From: Adineta vaga
Lineage: Eukaryota > Animalia > Rotifera
Length of the DNA: 64,000 nucleotides
Reading direction: 5' to 3'
NCBI GenBank assembly: GCA_021613535.1
Contig: CP075496.1
Location: forward strand, 6,076,001 to 6,140,000
The first letter of the stretch is position 1; every line of letters begins with the position of its first letter. Positions 1 to 14,880 of the stretch are shown piece by piece. Below the pieces are notes generated by a model. The model was not told the origin of the DNA. It searched no databases and saw only the letters and a program-made list of their open reading frames with translations. Made by a program: the position numbers and the translations under genes.

Positions 1-3000
1 AGGTTCATGTTTTATCTAGATAATCTTTCATGACCTAAATATGTTCTAATACATACAAAAAGAAGTGTTATTTAAACTGCTAATTTAAGGAGTTACATGG
101 CAAAAGAGTATTCTTTTAACCTAAGAAAAATTTTTCTAATACTCGATAAATATCATATTATCGGATAACATTCTATAATCGTTATACTTTTGGATAGAAT
201 TCTAAGCAAAACCTAGAAAAAATATATTTACCGATTAGTATTTTGTGGAAAGAATTGTGTCGTTTGATTGTCCATATTGAATTACACGAAAAATTTATTG
301 AGCAAAGCTTATCATTGCCTTTTTTCTTTCGAAGACGAGAATACGAAGGGAATGTTTTAATAATCGTAAGAATGATTGAGAAAATACTATCACTCAATAA
401 TGATAATAATGTAATGTCGATTTAATGAGATTTTTTTTCTTCTTGTAATCTCTCTATTCACAAGTTGCTTGTTGTTAATAAGGAATGAAAATAATTTAAC
501 GGAATGAAATGACAAAATATGTCTATACATGAACTTGTTTCATTGCTATTGTTTTGTCAAATAATGACTACTACACAGCAATGATCCTCACATCATATCC
601 AACGACAGAAGGACATTTCTCAGTAAAGGTTTTTCTTCTTCTTCTTTACATCTCTTTTCTATTTCTTTCTCTTTTTTTTCTCTCTATCTCTCTATCTTGA
701 TTTTAACATAATAATGGAGAAATAGAGGAGGAGGAATACGCATTGCTAGTAAAGAGAAGAGGAAATATAAAGCGTCTTTACGAACAAAGATAAAACAACG
801 GATGATGAATAGACTAAACTGTGTAACGATTTGCAGTAAATAAAAGAGAACAAAAACGAATGATCCACATGAGACAAAGAATGATAGATAAGAAGGTCTT
901 TTTCACATAACATCATCGACTAACTACCTCTCCATAGAGTTCTACTTATTAAAGAAAACGGAGAGAAATATAATAGATCATTTAAAATCTTGAACATGAT
1001 TCTTTTAAAATATATATACACCACGCACCATTGAAAACTTATTTGAATTTAATGAATTTCTTTTGAAATCATGTTTTTCTTAGATGATGTCGTGATATAA
1101 CTAAACATGGAAGTTTTGATTTCCTTTTGTTCTCTTATATTTACTAGACCAAAAGATGAATGTTAGCGAAAGGAAACAATTAGATTTCGAATTGCATCAT
1201 TAGAAAATATTGTTTTACATTTTCTTGATAATCATTTTATCGACGTGTGACTTGCATAACTAATATTCATGGTGAGAAAAACAAACCTCATGACATTCTC
1301 TTACATCAAATGACCAATAAAAGAAAAACAATCTTGAATCTAAAGAAATATAGATTTATGTCTGTCTACTTTTAATCTGATTGACAACAGAAGAGTCTGA
1401 TTTAATCCAGATATTCATGTTTATTCGTTATAATCGATAACTGTCTATCAATTTCATACCAACTGACGATACTGTCTTTTTATATTCTAATATTCTAATA
1501 TTCTATTGATAAAAAAATGAATCAAGCTGTATATTCTAATAGAAAAGAATGGGACAAAAATGCTAATATGCATATAGAAGAAAACAGATATTGAAATCTT
1601 ACATACTCGTTGTGCACCAATCTGCAAAAATATGATACTTTTGCTGAAGTATGTCTCTCTCTCTCTCTCTTTCCTTTTCTTTTATATCTGATGTAAACAA
1701 TAAAAAAAAATGAGAAAGCAATTCTTTGTGTACATAGAAAATCGATTGATTATTCCATCCACTAAAAACAAATGTCAAACAGTATTTCTATCGCTTCTTT
1801 ACTTCGACAGTAATACTGTATAATAAAATCGAATCAATATCAAATAAGTCTGTCTTGAATCTTCTAAATATACTTACATGTAAAGAAAAAGAAAATATGC
1901 ATTGCTTACTGCTTGTCTATCTGATGAAAAAAAATGACACTATGAAAGAAAGAAAAATCCTGGCTTGAAAAGTTTTAGCTTTTTTTAACCTGAAGAAATG
2001 TTAGTCATATTAAGGTATCCTGTTTGATGAGATTTATCTAAGAAAAGAAGAATAAGAAAAATATCTTTTGACTGTATACATGTAAATCAAGGATAGAGCA
2101 GGTGCGGAAACCGGAAATAAAATTCCAATGTCTCATTTGTTTTAACATTCATATGTCATTGACAATTATAAAGTGAGGGAAAAAAACAATAACAAAACTA
2201 TTGACGCATGTAAAAGATATTCACTTACTGTATTACGAAATGATGTTGTGATTGAAAAATTGACTTAGAAATTCTTTCGAAATAAACAAGATAGATGTCA
2301 AGTTGAGAATGATTTCTTCGTTAGAATTCTATCGATCAATCACCGACGTCAAACTGTGAGTAAATGACTAGTTCTATTTAAATATAGAATAAGTAGAGAG
2401 AAGAATAGATCTTGTTTCTATATAATAATAAGCTAAAGTAAAAGGAATGCTTGTTTTTTTTCTGTTAATATAAAATCATTTTCTCAAGAGCTTATCGATG
2501 GGAAAAACACAAATCTTTCATTTAATGAGGAAAAACTACACATGAGTTTTCTATTAAATCAATCAAAAATTGAACTGAATACAATAATGATTAGCTTCAA
2601 TCAGTTTACTATTTATCATTGAGAGAAAACTACATCTTTGTTTCCGTACAAATCTACTTACACAATTAATGTTTATATCTCTTCTTTACATTCAATGTTG
2701 ACAAAACATACAAGTCATATTAACTTAGATGAGCTAAAAATGATTTTCTTTCTCTGGAGCACGTCTTTTCACAAGATGTTCTAATAAGATACAAACCTTT
2801 TCAAACAAGCACGTCGAATTCCAATATGTTATCAAAGAAAGACGAATTAAATCAATAAAAATATGATGAATAGAAAACTATCGTAGATTTTATTATGTTT
2901 TCAATCATATAGATGCATATCAAATTACCAAGAACACCTTGATATGACATATATAAAACTTGCCTGTTATTGTAAGATTCACTAGGTAATGAATCCATGT

Positions 3001-4047
3001 TCATTGATTGATTTAAACAAACTTTCGAGGAAATATAAGGAATGCCAAATGAATACGAATACGAATACGAGATCGTTTTCTCTTGCTTTCTATGTTATTA
3101 TGTTATGTCAAATTGAATAACCACTTTAGCTTTCTATTGCGTAGAGTATCTGTCATCAAATGATTTGCATACGGATACTTCGAGAAAAGTAGCCGTCAAA
3201 CGATAATTTTTCCCGTTGAAATATGTCTAAGATAAATGTATTTGAGATCGACAGATGTATATATATATAGAGAGAGAAAGAAATGTTAGGGACTTGAAGA
3301 AACGTCTCATCAACAGTCAATAATCGTCATCAGATAAGAAAGATTCATTTGGTTTTTCTTTTCCATTAACTCGCTATCAATATTGCTTTAATTCATTAGC
3401 TTTCTAAACATGTATTTCGAATTAAAACTAACTAGGATATTATTCATCAATAATAATCATGCTATTTTCTTGTTTTTATTAGAAGAAACAAAAACAAGCT
3501 GTGCATCTTTCATATTTGAAATGATTCGTATCAAATCGATTTTCTCTATCAGAGAAGAATAGAAAAAGAACTTGATTGATCTTCCAAACAGATCATGAAC
3601 ATTACGATCTGTCTATTATCAATCTCATCTAATAACATTAGTCAGTTTTATTGAACACATTAATACATTCGTTAGACTTGGATTACTTTTGTCCTGTGCT
3701 TTTTTTTCCATACATGTACATGATCAATCAAGCGAAACTCAATGTGCCTTTTTTAATATAAATGAATCGAAGAATGATTCATTTTTTGTTCTTCTTGCTC
3801 ATTAAAAACAAGGAAAAATATATTCTACTATTTTTTTCGCGTTTTTTCTTCAAGTTTAAAACAAAGTATGTATCGTTACAAATGTATCTCGTATGAATTA
3901 ATGACGAATAACAGAAAGAAAAAAGAAAACAATCTTATTTTTCTATTTCGCCTAATAAATCAGATGAATAGATAATGATTGTTTCGAAGTTTTTCATATC
4001 TATGCTAATGAATCATTGGAATCTATAGATTGATTGATATTTCCAAA

Positions 4048-4873
4048 ATGGCTTCATCTAATAATCAAAATTCACAAACTGCTGCTCCATCAGCTCCATC
4101 AAAGAATTCTGAACAATTACGAAATACCAAATGTGTGACTGGTTTTGGTTTTATAAAAACAAAGTATGGATTATTGAATATCTTAACTCTCGTAAGTCAC
4201 TCGTTTATTTTGAAAAAAAGCGAAGCATAAGTATGAAAACTATTTTAGATTTCATTGATTTGCATATTAATTACTGCTGGTACATCTGACAAAGGTGATT
4301 CAAAAAAAGCGGATATACTTTCTTTTATGTCCAATGTTGAAATTAATGCTGTTTCTACACGAAATTCGATTATTGCCTTTGCAGTTCTTGGATTAATTCT
4401 AATGGTTATTGATACTATTCTTTATGTTTTCAAACTGATTTATCGTCTGTCAGCTAAATTTGATCTTATTGTAAGTAATCGACAACATATTATAAATGAA
4501 GAGATATATACATTATTTCTTATTAAGTAGTTTATTATTGTAATGCTTATCTTCGGTGTGATATACTTTATTCTAGCGTATGTAACGAAATTTCATAGGA
4601 AATAATTCGTTTATCTTAATCTGATTGATGTTTTTAATGAATAGATGCTGTGCAGCAGCGTGGGAGAAAAAACTGAATGATACTGTAGGTAAAATTGGCA
4701 CAGTAAAATATAAAGGTGCACCAGCAGCAGCTTCAGTAAGTTTATTTTCTTTTCTGATTTTTGAATTCGATCAACTATTTCAATTTTAGTTCTTTCTCTT
4801 TGTTACTACGGGTGTGATTCTTGCTAATTTTATCTTACGATTAATACGTCCGGAAATAATTCAATCAGAATAA
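4048..4873 (+). CDS. MARVEL/CMTM-like four-transmembrane protein (5 exons)
   Basis: Manual splicing (4048-4191, 4249-4470, 4531-~4577, 4645-4735, ~4790-4873) gives four hydrophobic segments. It starts with 'GFIKTKYGLLNILTLISLICILI' and has 'AAASFFLFV' before TM4, both typical of MARVEL domains. Confidence 0.6.
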
Positions 4874-7643
4874 TGAACATTTTTTATTTAAATCTATAAA
4901 ATTTTAAAAAGAGTTTTAATTTTATTTTAATAACATGTGGGAGGAAAAGAAATAGAACTATATAAATAGTTATAACTGAAAGGTACTTGCTTTTTATTCT
5001 AATTAGAAATGCTTCAAGGAGAAAAATGTACTTATCTATTTTCATTTCAAATGAATCTTTTTCTTCTTCCAAAATTTTCTTATGTATCAATGAACCAGAA
5101 AAGAAAGAACATCTTACTGATTTGTCAATAATCGCGAATAGAGAGATTCCTATGAAGTAATTTTCAATCAGATCAATCTATATAAAGAATGACGATAATC
5201 TCTGGAATCTCTATTTTTCGAATCATCTGTCATAATGAATCATGTCAGAAAATATCGAATGTGAATGTATAGAATTGAAGACGAAGAAAAAAAAATCGAA
5301 AAATTTATTAAATACGAATATCGATATTGACACGCGATGTTCTCAAAGTCTTTGTTTATTTACTAATGTCACGAATATATAATCGAATTAATAACGATAC
5401 TTACAACAAAATAAGTAATGATGTGTTAGAATGTCTAGTCTGAGAATTTTTTTCTTCGAAAGAATTACTAATATTGCATGAGAGTTGTTCGAAAGAAATC
5501 AGGATGACTATCATCGAGATTAATATGCTAAAACATCAAGTGAAGAATGGAAAATAATTGAATATACAATACAAGTTGAAGAGAACATCTTCAAATATAT
5601 TTCGATGGTATGAGTTTGCTTAAAAAATACAGGAAACAGAAATGAATTGATTGACGTCATAATAATGTTTAGAATGAACATATCTTTCTTATCAAACGAA
5701 CTCTAACTGATATTTCACATGATACAATTCTCATCTGACACTCGATTCCATCATCTCAGATATATAAATATATAGAATTGAATAAATGAAATAAAATCTT
5801 GTGTAGAGCAAAGTATCATGTTTGTATTTTTAATTCAATAAAGAATTAGAAAGGAAATGTATCACTATCATGTGAAGTAAGATCTTATTCTACCTTTCTT
5901 CGACATCTATTAAGAATAAATGAGAAAATCACTTACGTTGTTAACATTCTTATTGATTATCAGTCACTAAAACAGAATTTCCATCGTATTTTTATCAATA
6001 ACAGATTGATTATATATATATTTTCTTGTTACGAATATAAAATATAGCAAGAATCGTCATGAATAGAATTTACTCTTATAATAATTGGCGATTACTCGAA
6101 TAAAAGTAGTTCTTCTATATGTCAGTTATTGAAAAAACGTGCATGACATAATATTCTTCTCTATCACTAAATAGCAACAGTTCATTTCCGTGTTCGAAAG
6201 TACGATTTCCGTTGCAGTCTTTATATGGTATTCATTTTCTTTCACAGCAATGATAATAGAAAAAAAGAGGAAAAGGTGCATTGATGAGAGAGATATTTTC
6301 AAGTTAAATTAGTTTTCATCACGTGTGACTCTAATTTAGATTTTCCTTTTATGACGTTCGAAAAACTCTTCATTAGAAATAACATGACGAATCTCTATGG
6401 ATATATTGCAAAAAGCATTACACTCGTTTTCAAGTAGAGATTCATAGCAAAATTACTAGTGTGATTGAGTAAAACTCGACTTGTTGCTATATGTCTCGAG
6501 GGAATTTCTGTCTGATAATTTTCCTTTATTTTCATTTATTATTAATCATTATCGATGTATCTGATATATAGAAATATATACTCAGGAATTTTGCATGAAA
6601 ATGAAACGATTTAAAAGAGGATTTGTTCATCAAGAGAAAAGAAACGATGTTTTTTCTTATAAATAAGTCTATATCATTATTATTATTTGATGAACTAAGA
6701 TTAGTTCTACTCATTTTCAAAAATTAATAATGCATAAATTATTCGAACGAGTACATAAGATAAATTTCTTCTAAGATAGTAGAATAGTATAGTTTCTTTT
6801 CTTGTAATGAACACATCGAAATTTAAACGAATGAATTTTTGTTCTGTTCAGATCTTATAACACTTTTTCAAATCATAAGTACGTGATCTCGAATAGGCAA
6901 TGTCAACTTCGGATTAAATCTTCAATGATATCAATGAAAATAATCTTATTAAAAAAAACGAATCGATTAAACAACGTAGACATGATCATTGACAACGAAT
7001 GCTCATCGTTGATACTTTTGTTTGAAAAATTAATCGAAGTTTATTGAATTTCATTTTAAATGATACAATGAAGACTGTTCGTTGAGTTCAATACTCGTCG
7101 TATTATTAGAAACAATCGAACATCAAAATTGCTTTTCATCGGTTGATTTATAATTAAAATGTATGACGATCGATTCGTATCAAATCTTCTGACAAGCAAT
7201 TGTTTTAATAATTTTAATGATGTCATTATACGAACAAAAGCCTATTGACACTATTATCAAGTGAAAAATATGTGTGAAATAAAATCATGATTGAGTATGA
7301 AAACTACTGTGCTGATCAATCGTCGATCATTCATGTACATATATAACAGCTAACGCTATCTATCTATTGAAAACTGACACGTCCACATCATCATAGACGG
7401 TTAAATATGGAAGTTTTTGCATTTTCCTTTCGAAAAAGATCAGTTTTTCCTCGTTTTATTGACTTTCTTGTTTGTATTTCAATATTTAAACATAGCAATT
7501 GCACTCAATCATATCACATTATACATTAAATACACAGAACATTTCTTAAGTAAATAAAAGTTTTTACCTCTCTATAGAACAGGTATTATTGATTTTGTTT
7601 GAAAGAAATCATCACCGAAAAAGCAATAACATAAATTTTTTAG

Positions 7644-8650
7644 ATGTTTTTAAAACTAAATTACAATATTATTCTCTTCTTTCTTATCGTTTCAATTCTC
7701 CGTTTGCATGCATTTGATTTTGAATTAACTGTTTTAATTCAAGCAAATCAACGTGAATGTTTTCATCAAGTTCTTGAAGCTGGTCGAACTATTGAAGTTG
7801 AATATGAAGTATTAAATGGTGGTGATTTTGATATTAATTTTTGGTTTTATTCTCCATCAAATCGTGTTTTACAATCGGATTTTAAAAAACGTGATGGACA
7901 TCAAGTATTAAAACTAGAAGAAACAGGCGAATATCGATTTTGTCTCGATAATTCCATTTCACGTTTCCATCAAAAACAAGTTTATTTTAGTTTAAGACCT
8001 GTTAATGAACATGGACAAAGTGCTTTTGAACATACCACTGAATCATGGATGAAAACAATGGATGTCGATCAACTTGGTGATTTACAAACTAAAATTCAAG
8101 ATATTCGAGTAAGATTTATTTGAATGAGATATATTATCATTGTTATGATTAGTTAAAGTATCGAGAGAGAGAAACAAATACATCTTGTTTGAGGTCCAAT
8201 TACTCACTCTATCTAGTTTTCTTCGTTAAAAAGATTTAATGAAACGTGATATATTCACTAGTCAAGCTTTACACCTAACAATCATTTTTTAATAGAATAA
8301 TCTCACTTGTTCAATTGATCATCATAGATTAACATTCAATTGTCAAAATTGACTTGACATTATCAAAAGAAATGAAATCGAAAAAAACTAAACAATTTTT
8401 CATGCTATTTTAGGATACATTTCAACGTATATATGATCATATGGAAACCGCACAACATTATCAAAGTAATTTTCGAAACAATGAAGGACAAGATCGAGTG
8501 ATTTTAGAAAAAAATTACGAACGAATTAATTTTTGGTCGATTATTAATTTAACTCTTATGATTGCTGTAACTATTATTCAAGTTTTAACTATTCGTAGTT
8601 TATTTGAAAGTAAATCAGCATATGGTAAACTTCTCCGTGGACGAAAATAA
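7644..8650 (+). CDS. p24/TMED family cargo receptor (gamma subfamily-like; signal peptide, GOLD domain, coiled coil, TM)
   Basis: Exons 7644-8108 and 8414-8650. Motifs 'ELTVLIQANQRECFHQ', 'GGDFDINF', 'GEYRFCLDNSISRFHQKQVYF' and 'NYERINFWS...IQVLTIRSLF'. Confidence 0.92.
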
Positions 8651-10033
8651 CATCATCGAACAATTATAAAACATTCCTAATCTCATTTTGTTTTGTTGTA
8701 TTAGTCTTTTTTGTTATTTATTATTGTTTAGAAGAACAAAATATAAGAAGAACAATATTTATCAAATTCTCTCGATAGTATATCGTCAGTTTTTACCGAT
8801 TGTTGGAGAATGAAAGAAAGTGATAATACTTTAAAAGTTTTCTCTCTCTCTCTTTCTTTGTATTTTATGAATAGTTATTGGAAGTATGTTGTTATTTTGT
8901 ATTTTTCATGATTATCGTTCGTTCTCTCGTTCGTCGCTATTCATGTTGTGTCTATGTCTGAAGGAAGCATTTTTTCGTTTGCAGCTTTCAAAACAACATA
9001 TACATTCAAGATGGATTTTATTAGTCGTTTTGATTTTATTTTTATCCATCAATATCTTTCTCAATGATGCTCTTTCTCTCTTTCGATCAATGAATAGACA
9101 CAACGGCGCGTCGAGAGCATATAAAATTGTGTCGGTGTGTATATGTACTAAAAGTGAGAACAGCCGTTCTTCATCATCCTCTTCTTCTTTAATTTCGTTC
9201 TTCGTTCATCTATCTCTGTACATTTGAATATATGAACGGTAGAGACGTTTTATATTGTTGTGTTGTTCTCTTTTTCTTTTTCTATGTTGTTCGACCGGAC
9301 TCTCGATTGCAACTGGATAGAGTAGGAGGAGAAAGAGAAAACGGAGGAGGAGGAGGAGAAGAAGAGAAAGAAGAAGGAGGTGCCAACATCAACATAGACG
9401 ATTGAACATATTTGTATTGTAATCGTTCACGAGAGACATTCATTTGGCTCGTCAGTAGCTCGTCTTATATACAAAAGTAAAGTATTTTCATTACATGTAA
9501 TTTTACTGAATTCTTCTTCTTCTTCGTATTTTTTTCCTCTTTCAAAATCAATTGATTATTTATAGGAAGAAAAAAAAATGGTTAACTACTTTTCGTCTTT
9601 ATAAGAAACAGACAGCGAAAGTCAGTGAATAACAAATCAAATAGTATTCAACGAGAGGGGAAAAGAGAGAGAGAGAGAAGAAAAAAAACTAAGTATAAGA
9701 ACAGATCCCTTGTCGTAGTCGTCGTATTCGTCGTCGTCTTCGTCGTCGTTGTTGATGATCAATGTTGTAGAGTGAAGGAGAGCAATCGTTCTTATTCTCT
9801 ATTTGCTCTGATCAAAGCCTCCGCATCCGTACATGCACATATTTGTATCTGGATCGATCTTTGAATTGTCAAGTACACTCTTTTTATATTCATGTTCATT
9901 GACTGATTTTTCTTCTTCTTTTTCATATTCAAAAAGAACAACTGTTCGAATCTAATCCATTACAATTAGTACCTATCGAATTTTTCGTTTGTATTTGTAG
10001 ACTAAATAGGATAGGAAAATTTTGTTTTCTTCA

Positions 10034-11843
10034 ATGACAACTAACGGTGAATATGAAAATGAACCTCGACCACGTTTATGTCATCTACGACGATGGCCTA
10101 ATTTTGTTGGTTATGGATTTAATTTACATTGTGAAAAATCGAAGCCAGGTCAATATATTGGCAAAGTCGATCCAGATTCACCAGCGGAATCAGCTGGTTT
10201 AAAAGAATATGATCGAATTATTGAAGTTAATTATGTTCCAATTGGAAATGAAAATCATAAACAAGTTGTTGCAAGAATAAAAGAAGGTGTTTCAAGAAAT
10301 GGTACAAAATATCATGAAGAAGTTATTCTACTTGTACTTGATCCAGATGCTGATGCTTATTATAAAGATAAATCTCTTGTTGTTCGAAGTTCAAATTCAA
10401 ATGTTGATAAACGTGAAACAGAAATTCGTGATGGAAAAGGTTTGTTTAGTATTCGAAACAAAAAAGAAATTCTTGTATATTTCGATATATTTTATTCTAG
10501 AAAATGGTAATCAATCACCACAATCATCTGAACGAAGTATTGGAAAGATTGATTCACCTGTTATTCGAGAGATACCAATACGAACAACAACAGCTGAACA
10601 TACTCGTGAATATAAACATGTTACTGATTTTACCGGTCCAACCGTTACACATACGACAAAAGTATGTTATTCTGTTTTAATTTTCTTCTTAAATAGACGT
10701 CGCATTGCTACGTATTTTGAAGCAAAATGTCAACGCTTCTTGACATTATCTACATTATTTGCTTTTACCTTGAAAGATTTTAATATTCTATTGTTCGTTC
10801 TGTCTTCTTTACTTAGATCAAAGAAGAAAAAGTTTGTTTTTCGAAGCCTTATTACCCTCGAAGACATTGAAATATAATTGACTTGATTACTTTGATCAAT
10901 TGAATTTCAAGAAATTGATTTTCTTTTGTTTTTATTTTTATTTAACTAATAGAAGAGTGAATGATCTTTAACATCGAGTCTCTTCATTAGAATCACTGCA
11001 ATGTAGAATACAGATGTAATCTTATTTCTTTCGAGTAACATTTAGGCCATCTGTACTATATATATATATATCAGTGACTAAGATTCACCATTGTTATTCA
11101 TAACATTTGCTAGTTGTCTGACAGCTGAACAATATCAACTATGAAAATTTTCCGAAGAGTCTCAGAATTGACACTAAGATAAGGAAGGTGATATACGTAA
11201 TAACTGTTGTTATCGATTATCTCGCGAGAATAACAATAATCGATCGTATAATTATTTATAGAAGTTTCGATTAATTATTACTAGAGAGAATAGAAAGAAA
11301 AGAAACTTTACAGAAATAAATCATAGTGACTAAATAAATGAATCACACGGGAAATCACAATAGACAAATCTAATCTATTTATGATATTTTCTTTCAATGA
11401 GAATTGAAAATTTCTATTTATAATTTCGTTTTTAGGTTGATAGTTCACCAGCAATATCTCGTACATCTGATCATGAAAACTATCTTCAATCATCTCCTTC
11501 ATTAACTGATAAAGATAAACGTAAAGAATTTACATCTGTTGGTAATTCATCACCAAAATCTCCAATGAAAGATTCTCGTCTGAAATCAACTGGTACTGAA
11601 AGTTCTCGTCAAAGTGCATCTCAATCTTCGTCGTCGATAAATGAATCCGATGCTACACTTGAATTAAGTAAGAAATTAATTCGACGATTGAAAAATCAAT
11701 TTTTTCTTTTGGATTTCTTAATAGAAATGTCTGCTGCAGAATATCGAGAAAAATTAAAAGCACAAAATGCTCGTAAACGTGATTCACGTCAAGAACAACA
11801 ATTATCTATGAAACAAAAACATGATTTAATTGATCGTTTATAA
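10034..11843 (+). CDS. NHERF/EBP50 (Sip1)-like single-PDZ scaffold with C-terminal ERM-binding motif
   Basis: PDZ 'RPRLCHLRRWPNFVGYGFNLH...GKVDPDSPAESAGLKEYDRIIEVN'. The C-terminus 'LSMKQKHDLIDRL*' resembles the NHERF ERM-binding tail. At least 4 exons (10034-10439, 10501-10661, ~11436-11666, ~11725-11843). Confidence 0.85.
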
Positions 11844-12321
11844 ATTCTTATTGCAAAAGAATAAAAATAACAAATCAAACGAGAATGAAAACACAATAAT
11901 TCACAAAAAATAAAACTCAATTTTTTTTTCTTGCCAATGTTTAACATATTATTTTGTGTGTGTGTGTTTTTTCTCGTATTTATCGTTTTGCTAAAGAGAA
12001 ATTTTCCAGCACAAAATCTATAACAGTGAACATTGTTCAAAAACTGATTCATTCTTTGAAAAACAAAGCCTTTCGATTATAAATAAACAAAATTTTAGAA
12101 AAAGAACATCTGTATGCATTTGTATAGTGTGATTATGATTGTTTTGATCTTATTCCTTTATGTAATTCTTGTTTATGTTTTGATGTTCAAAGAAAAATAA
12201 CATGAATATATTATTTCCGTTCGTTGTTTTTTTTTCTAAATTTTATTGCCTAATTCAATAGACAAGAAAGAAAACAAAAAAAGATCCTGAGAGTTCATTT
12301 GCATGAGGAAATATTGCATTT

Positions 12322-13467
12322 TTATTTGACTATTCGTCGATATGTTGTTGGACGTCCTGGTCGTCGACAGAAGATTTTATTCGTAGGTAATGATCGGTTT
12401 GTACATTTTGTTGCTAGATCAGATAGCCATATGCCAATTGTCCAAATACGATTAGCTTCTTCTTGAGTAAATTCATTGGAAAGTAATTTCGCCATAATAA
12501 CATTATTAGTGTGTAAACATGGTGTTGTTGTTTTTGAACTTAGATTTAAATCATAACCTGTTTGCTGTTCAATTGATATTCGTACACCAAAAAATCGACT
12601 ATCCATACATGAATAATCATATGTACGAGTTTGTTTGATTTGAAAAAAGTCAAAATATGGTAGTAGATAGCGATTAAATTGAAAGATAACTTGTCCAGTT
12701 GGTGATATGGTTTCAAAAACACAATTTTCTAAATCTTTTATTTGGAGGAAATCACAATATTCATCATTGATATGTAATTCTTCTTCATCCAATGCTTTTC
12801 CAATTGATGTTCGAACATCGAATATGTCATCGAATGTTCGAGGATAATTTGTATTAGATTTCGATTTCACAACATCGATATGTGTAAATTTTGTGGAATA
12901 TCTTAATAAACGTTTGACAGAAAAATATCTTGAATCATCTACTGAACGTTTTAATTCAAGAATTAAACGTTTCTTTTGATAACATAAATATAATCGATAA
13001 GTTAATTGTTGAGATGTTGTTTGACGAAAACCAGTACATGTTAATTCATGTTCGAACATTTCAATATCATTAATACCTTTGTTTTTATTGAACGTTATAA
13101 GAAAATGTTTATCATCACGAGCACGTCGTTCTTCATTTCGAAGATCATTAGCACTTATATTTCGACGATAAAGACTATCAGGATATTGATTCTGTTGACG
13201 ACGATTTTGATAGGTATAAACTGTACCTAATCGAATCTCAACTGGTAAATTATCAATTTGTTCCATTTGACGAAATTCTTCTGATTTTCGATGGAAATCT
13301 TGTAGAAATAAGTCTTTTAAATATGTTGATTGATCATCGCCATTGACATCGTTATTTTCAACCATAGGTATACAATTCATTTGATTCATATGTTCAGGAT
13401 TGACCATTCCAGAGTAAGGTACCAATTGTACTTGAGCTTGTCCATCGTGAGCTTTTTCTATTAACAT
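12322..13467 (-). CDS. Intronless 381-aa protein of unknown function; possible degenerate CYTH/triphosphate-tunnel fold
   Basis: Long uninterrupted ORF with coding-like composition. Motifs 'LPVEIRLGTVY', 'FDVRTSIG' and 'IKQTRTYDY'. The fold call is a guess. Confidence 0.75.
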   Translation of the reverse strand: MLIEKAHDGQAQVQLVPYSGMVNPEHMNQMNCIPMVENNDVNGDDQSTYLKDLFLQDFHRKSEEFRQMEQIDNLPVEIRLGTVYTYQNRRQQNQYPDSLYRRNISANDLRNEERRARDDKHFLITFNKNKGINDIEMFEHELTCTGFRQTTSQQLTYRLYLCYQKKRLILELKRSVDDSRYFSVKRLLRYSTKFTHIDVVKSKSNTNYPRTFDDIFDVRTSIGKALDEEELHINDEYCDFLQIKDLENCVFETISPTGQVIFQFNRYLLPYFDFFQIKQTRTYDYSCMDSRFFGVRISIEQQTGYDLNLSSKTTTPCLHTNNVIMAKLLSNEFTQEEANRIWTIGIWLSDLATKCTNRSLPTNKIFCRRPGRPTTYRRIVK

Positions 13468-14880
13468 AGTTTTGTAATTATTTACCGAATGTCGCGATTA
13501 ATAATAACATAATGACAAAAAACGTTGGCCTTTTATATTTGAAACAAAATAGAGAGGAAGTCAAAATGTATATACTTTAATGACGTACGCTCTTTTTCTG
13601 TCCTCAACAGGTCTCGTAACCTACGTGTCATAGAATAGCAAAAGTCGATATCTACAATCACGCGCCTATCAGCTATGAAAGTCAGACAAATAATCATAGC
13701 TATTTCACGCGTCGTATTAGTCGCCAAACCGATTGTCGGTAAATATGAGAAAAATATCATGTCTAAAATCTGTTAAATATATTGTTTATATCAGGACTGG
13801 GTACATATGCAGTTCCGTGCGTGATTTACGTTTTATTAGAACATGTGCCCTATACATTTGCAATATACATATATATTATACAGATGGTTTGATACAATGA
13901 AAAATACATTTTTTCCGTGCATGATTTATCGTTTATTTATTTTACGTTGTTCCCCATCATTCTTTTCACCTTTGACTAAAGTACGAAGGATATGTTTTTT
14001 ATATGTGAAAGAAAGAATAATTGACTATTTCCTGTTAATTCGAATGTAAATCAATGAAAAATATTGTATTCATAAATTTATCACATTGTCATCGTAGATT
14101 AAAATTTAATTTCGATCCGTTGATTTAAAAGATAAATAGACTATATCACATGTGATTTTTATTGAAAATCATGTTGGTTTATATCTTGTGGTTTACAATC
14201 AGCAGATTTTGATACTCATCGAGTAGTGTGAGTATATCATTCGTCATTATTCGACAGTTTGCACTAGATATTTGCATTGTCTTATTCTTTCGTGAAAAGA
14301 ACATATCAGTCCAGGATAAATAATTATTTTCAGAAACAAAACGAACGTTGAATAACAAAATCAAATAGATGAAGAGTCAATATGGAATATATTGTTTTAC
14401 AAAGAATAACAATGTGATTGTGTAGACATTAATTCTAAAACAGATGATGAGCAAATATAACAGTGAATATAGTTAAAGGAGGAGGAGGAGGAAATACGAG
14501 AGTAAAACTCATATTTTAAAGATAATCATTTGATTAACAATAAAAGAGTAGGTGAGTTAGCATGAAAGTTAACATTGATCGAGACAAATGTGCGTAGGAT
14601 AATGACTTTAGAAATGATCGAATGTCATCTTGAAATAGGTTAAATATTTCCTAAGAGTAAAGTTATGTATACAGATATAAATGAATAATCTATCAATACG
14701 AAACTCATGTTCAACTTATTCTCAAATAATCTCAATCTCTGATCATGAGAATTTGAAAATGATCTTATGACGAAAGTGTGAATATATCAAAAATTCATTC
14801 TTTATACTACTACAACAACAGATGATTGTCATTTACTGACATCTATGCAAATCTACATTATTTCGACTAGTTCAAACAAG

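Noticed and set aside
182-425. Short ORFs; 'LPISILWKELCR' faintly resembles the Tc1/IS630 'NPIENLW' motif
   Set aside because: No catalytic D/E context, no terminal inverted repeats and too short to support a transposon call.
7580-7646. Acceptor AG directly before the ATG (also at 44986) as a possible trans-splice site
   Set aside because: Plausible cis donors exist ~60-100 nt upstream, so ordinary 5'UTR introns explain them.
8886-9864. ORFs of 60-113 aa rich in F/L/S/V or R/E
   Set aside because: They derive from (GA)n, (GTC)n and T-rich tracts in the NHERF promoter/UTR and are not coding-like.
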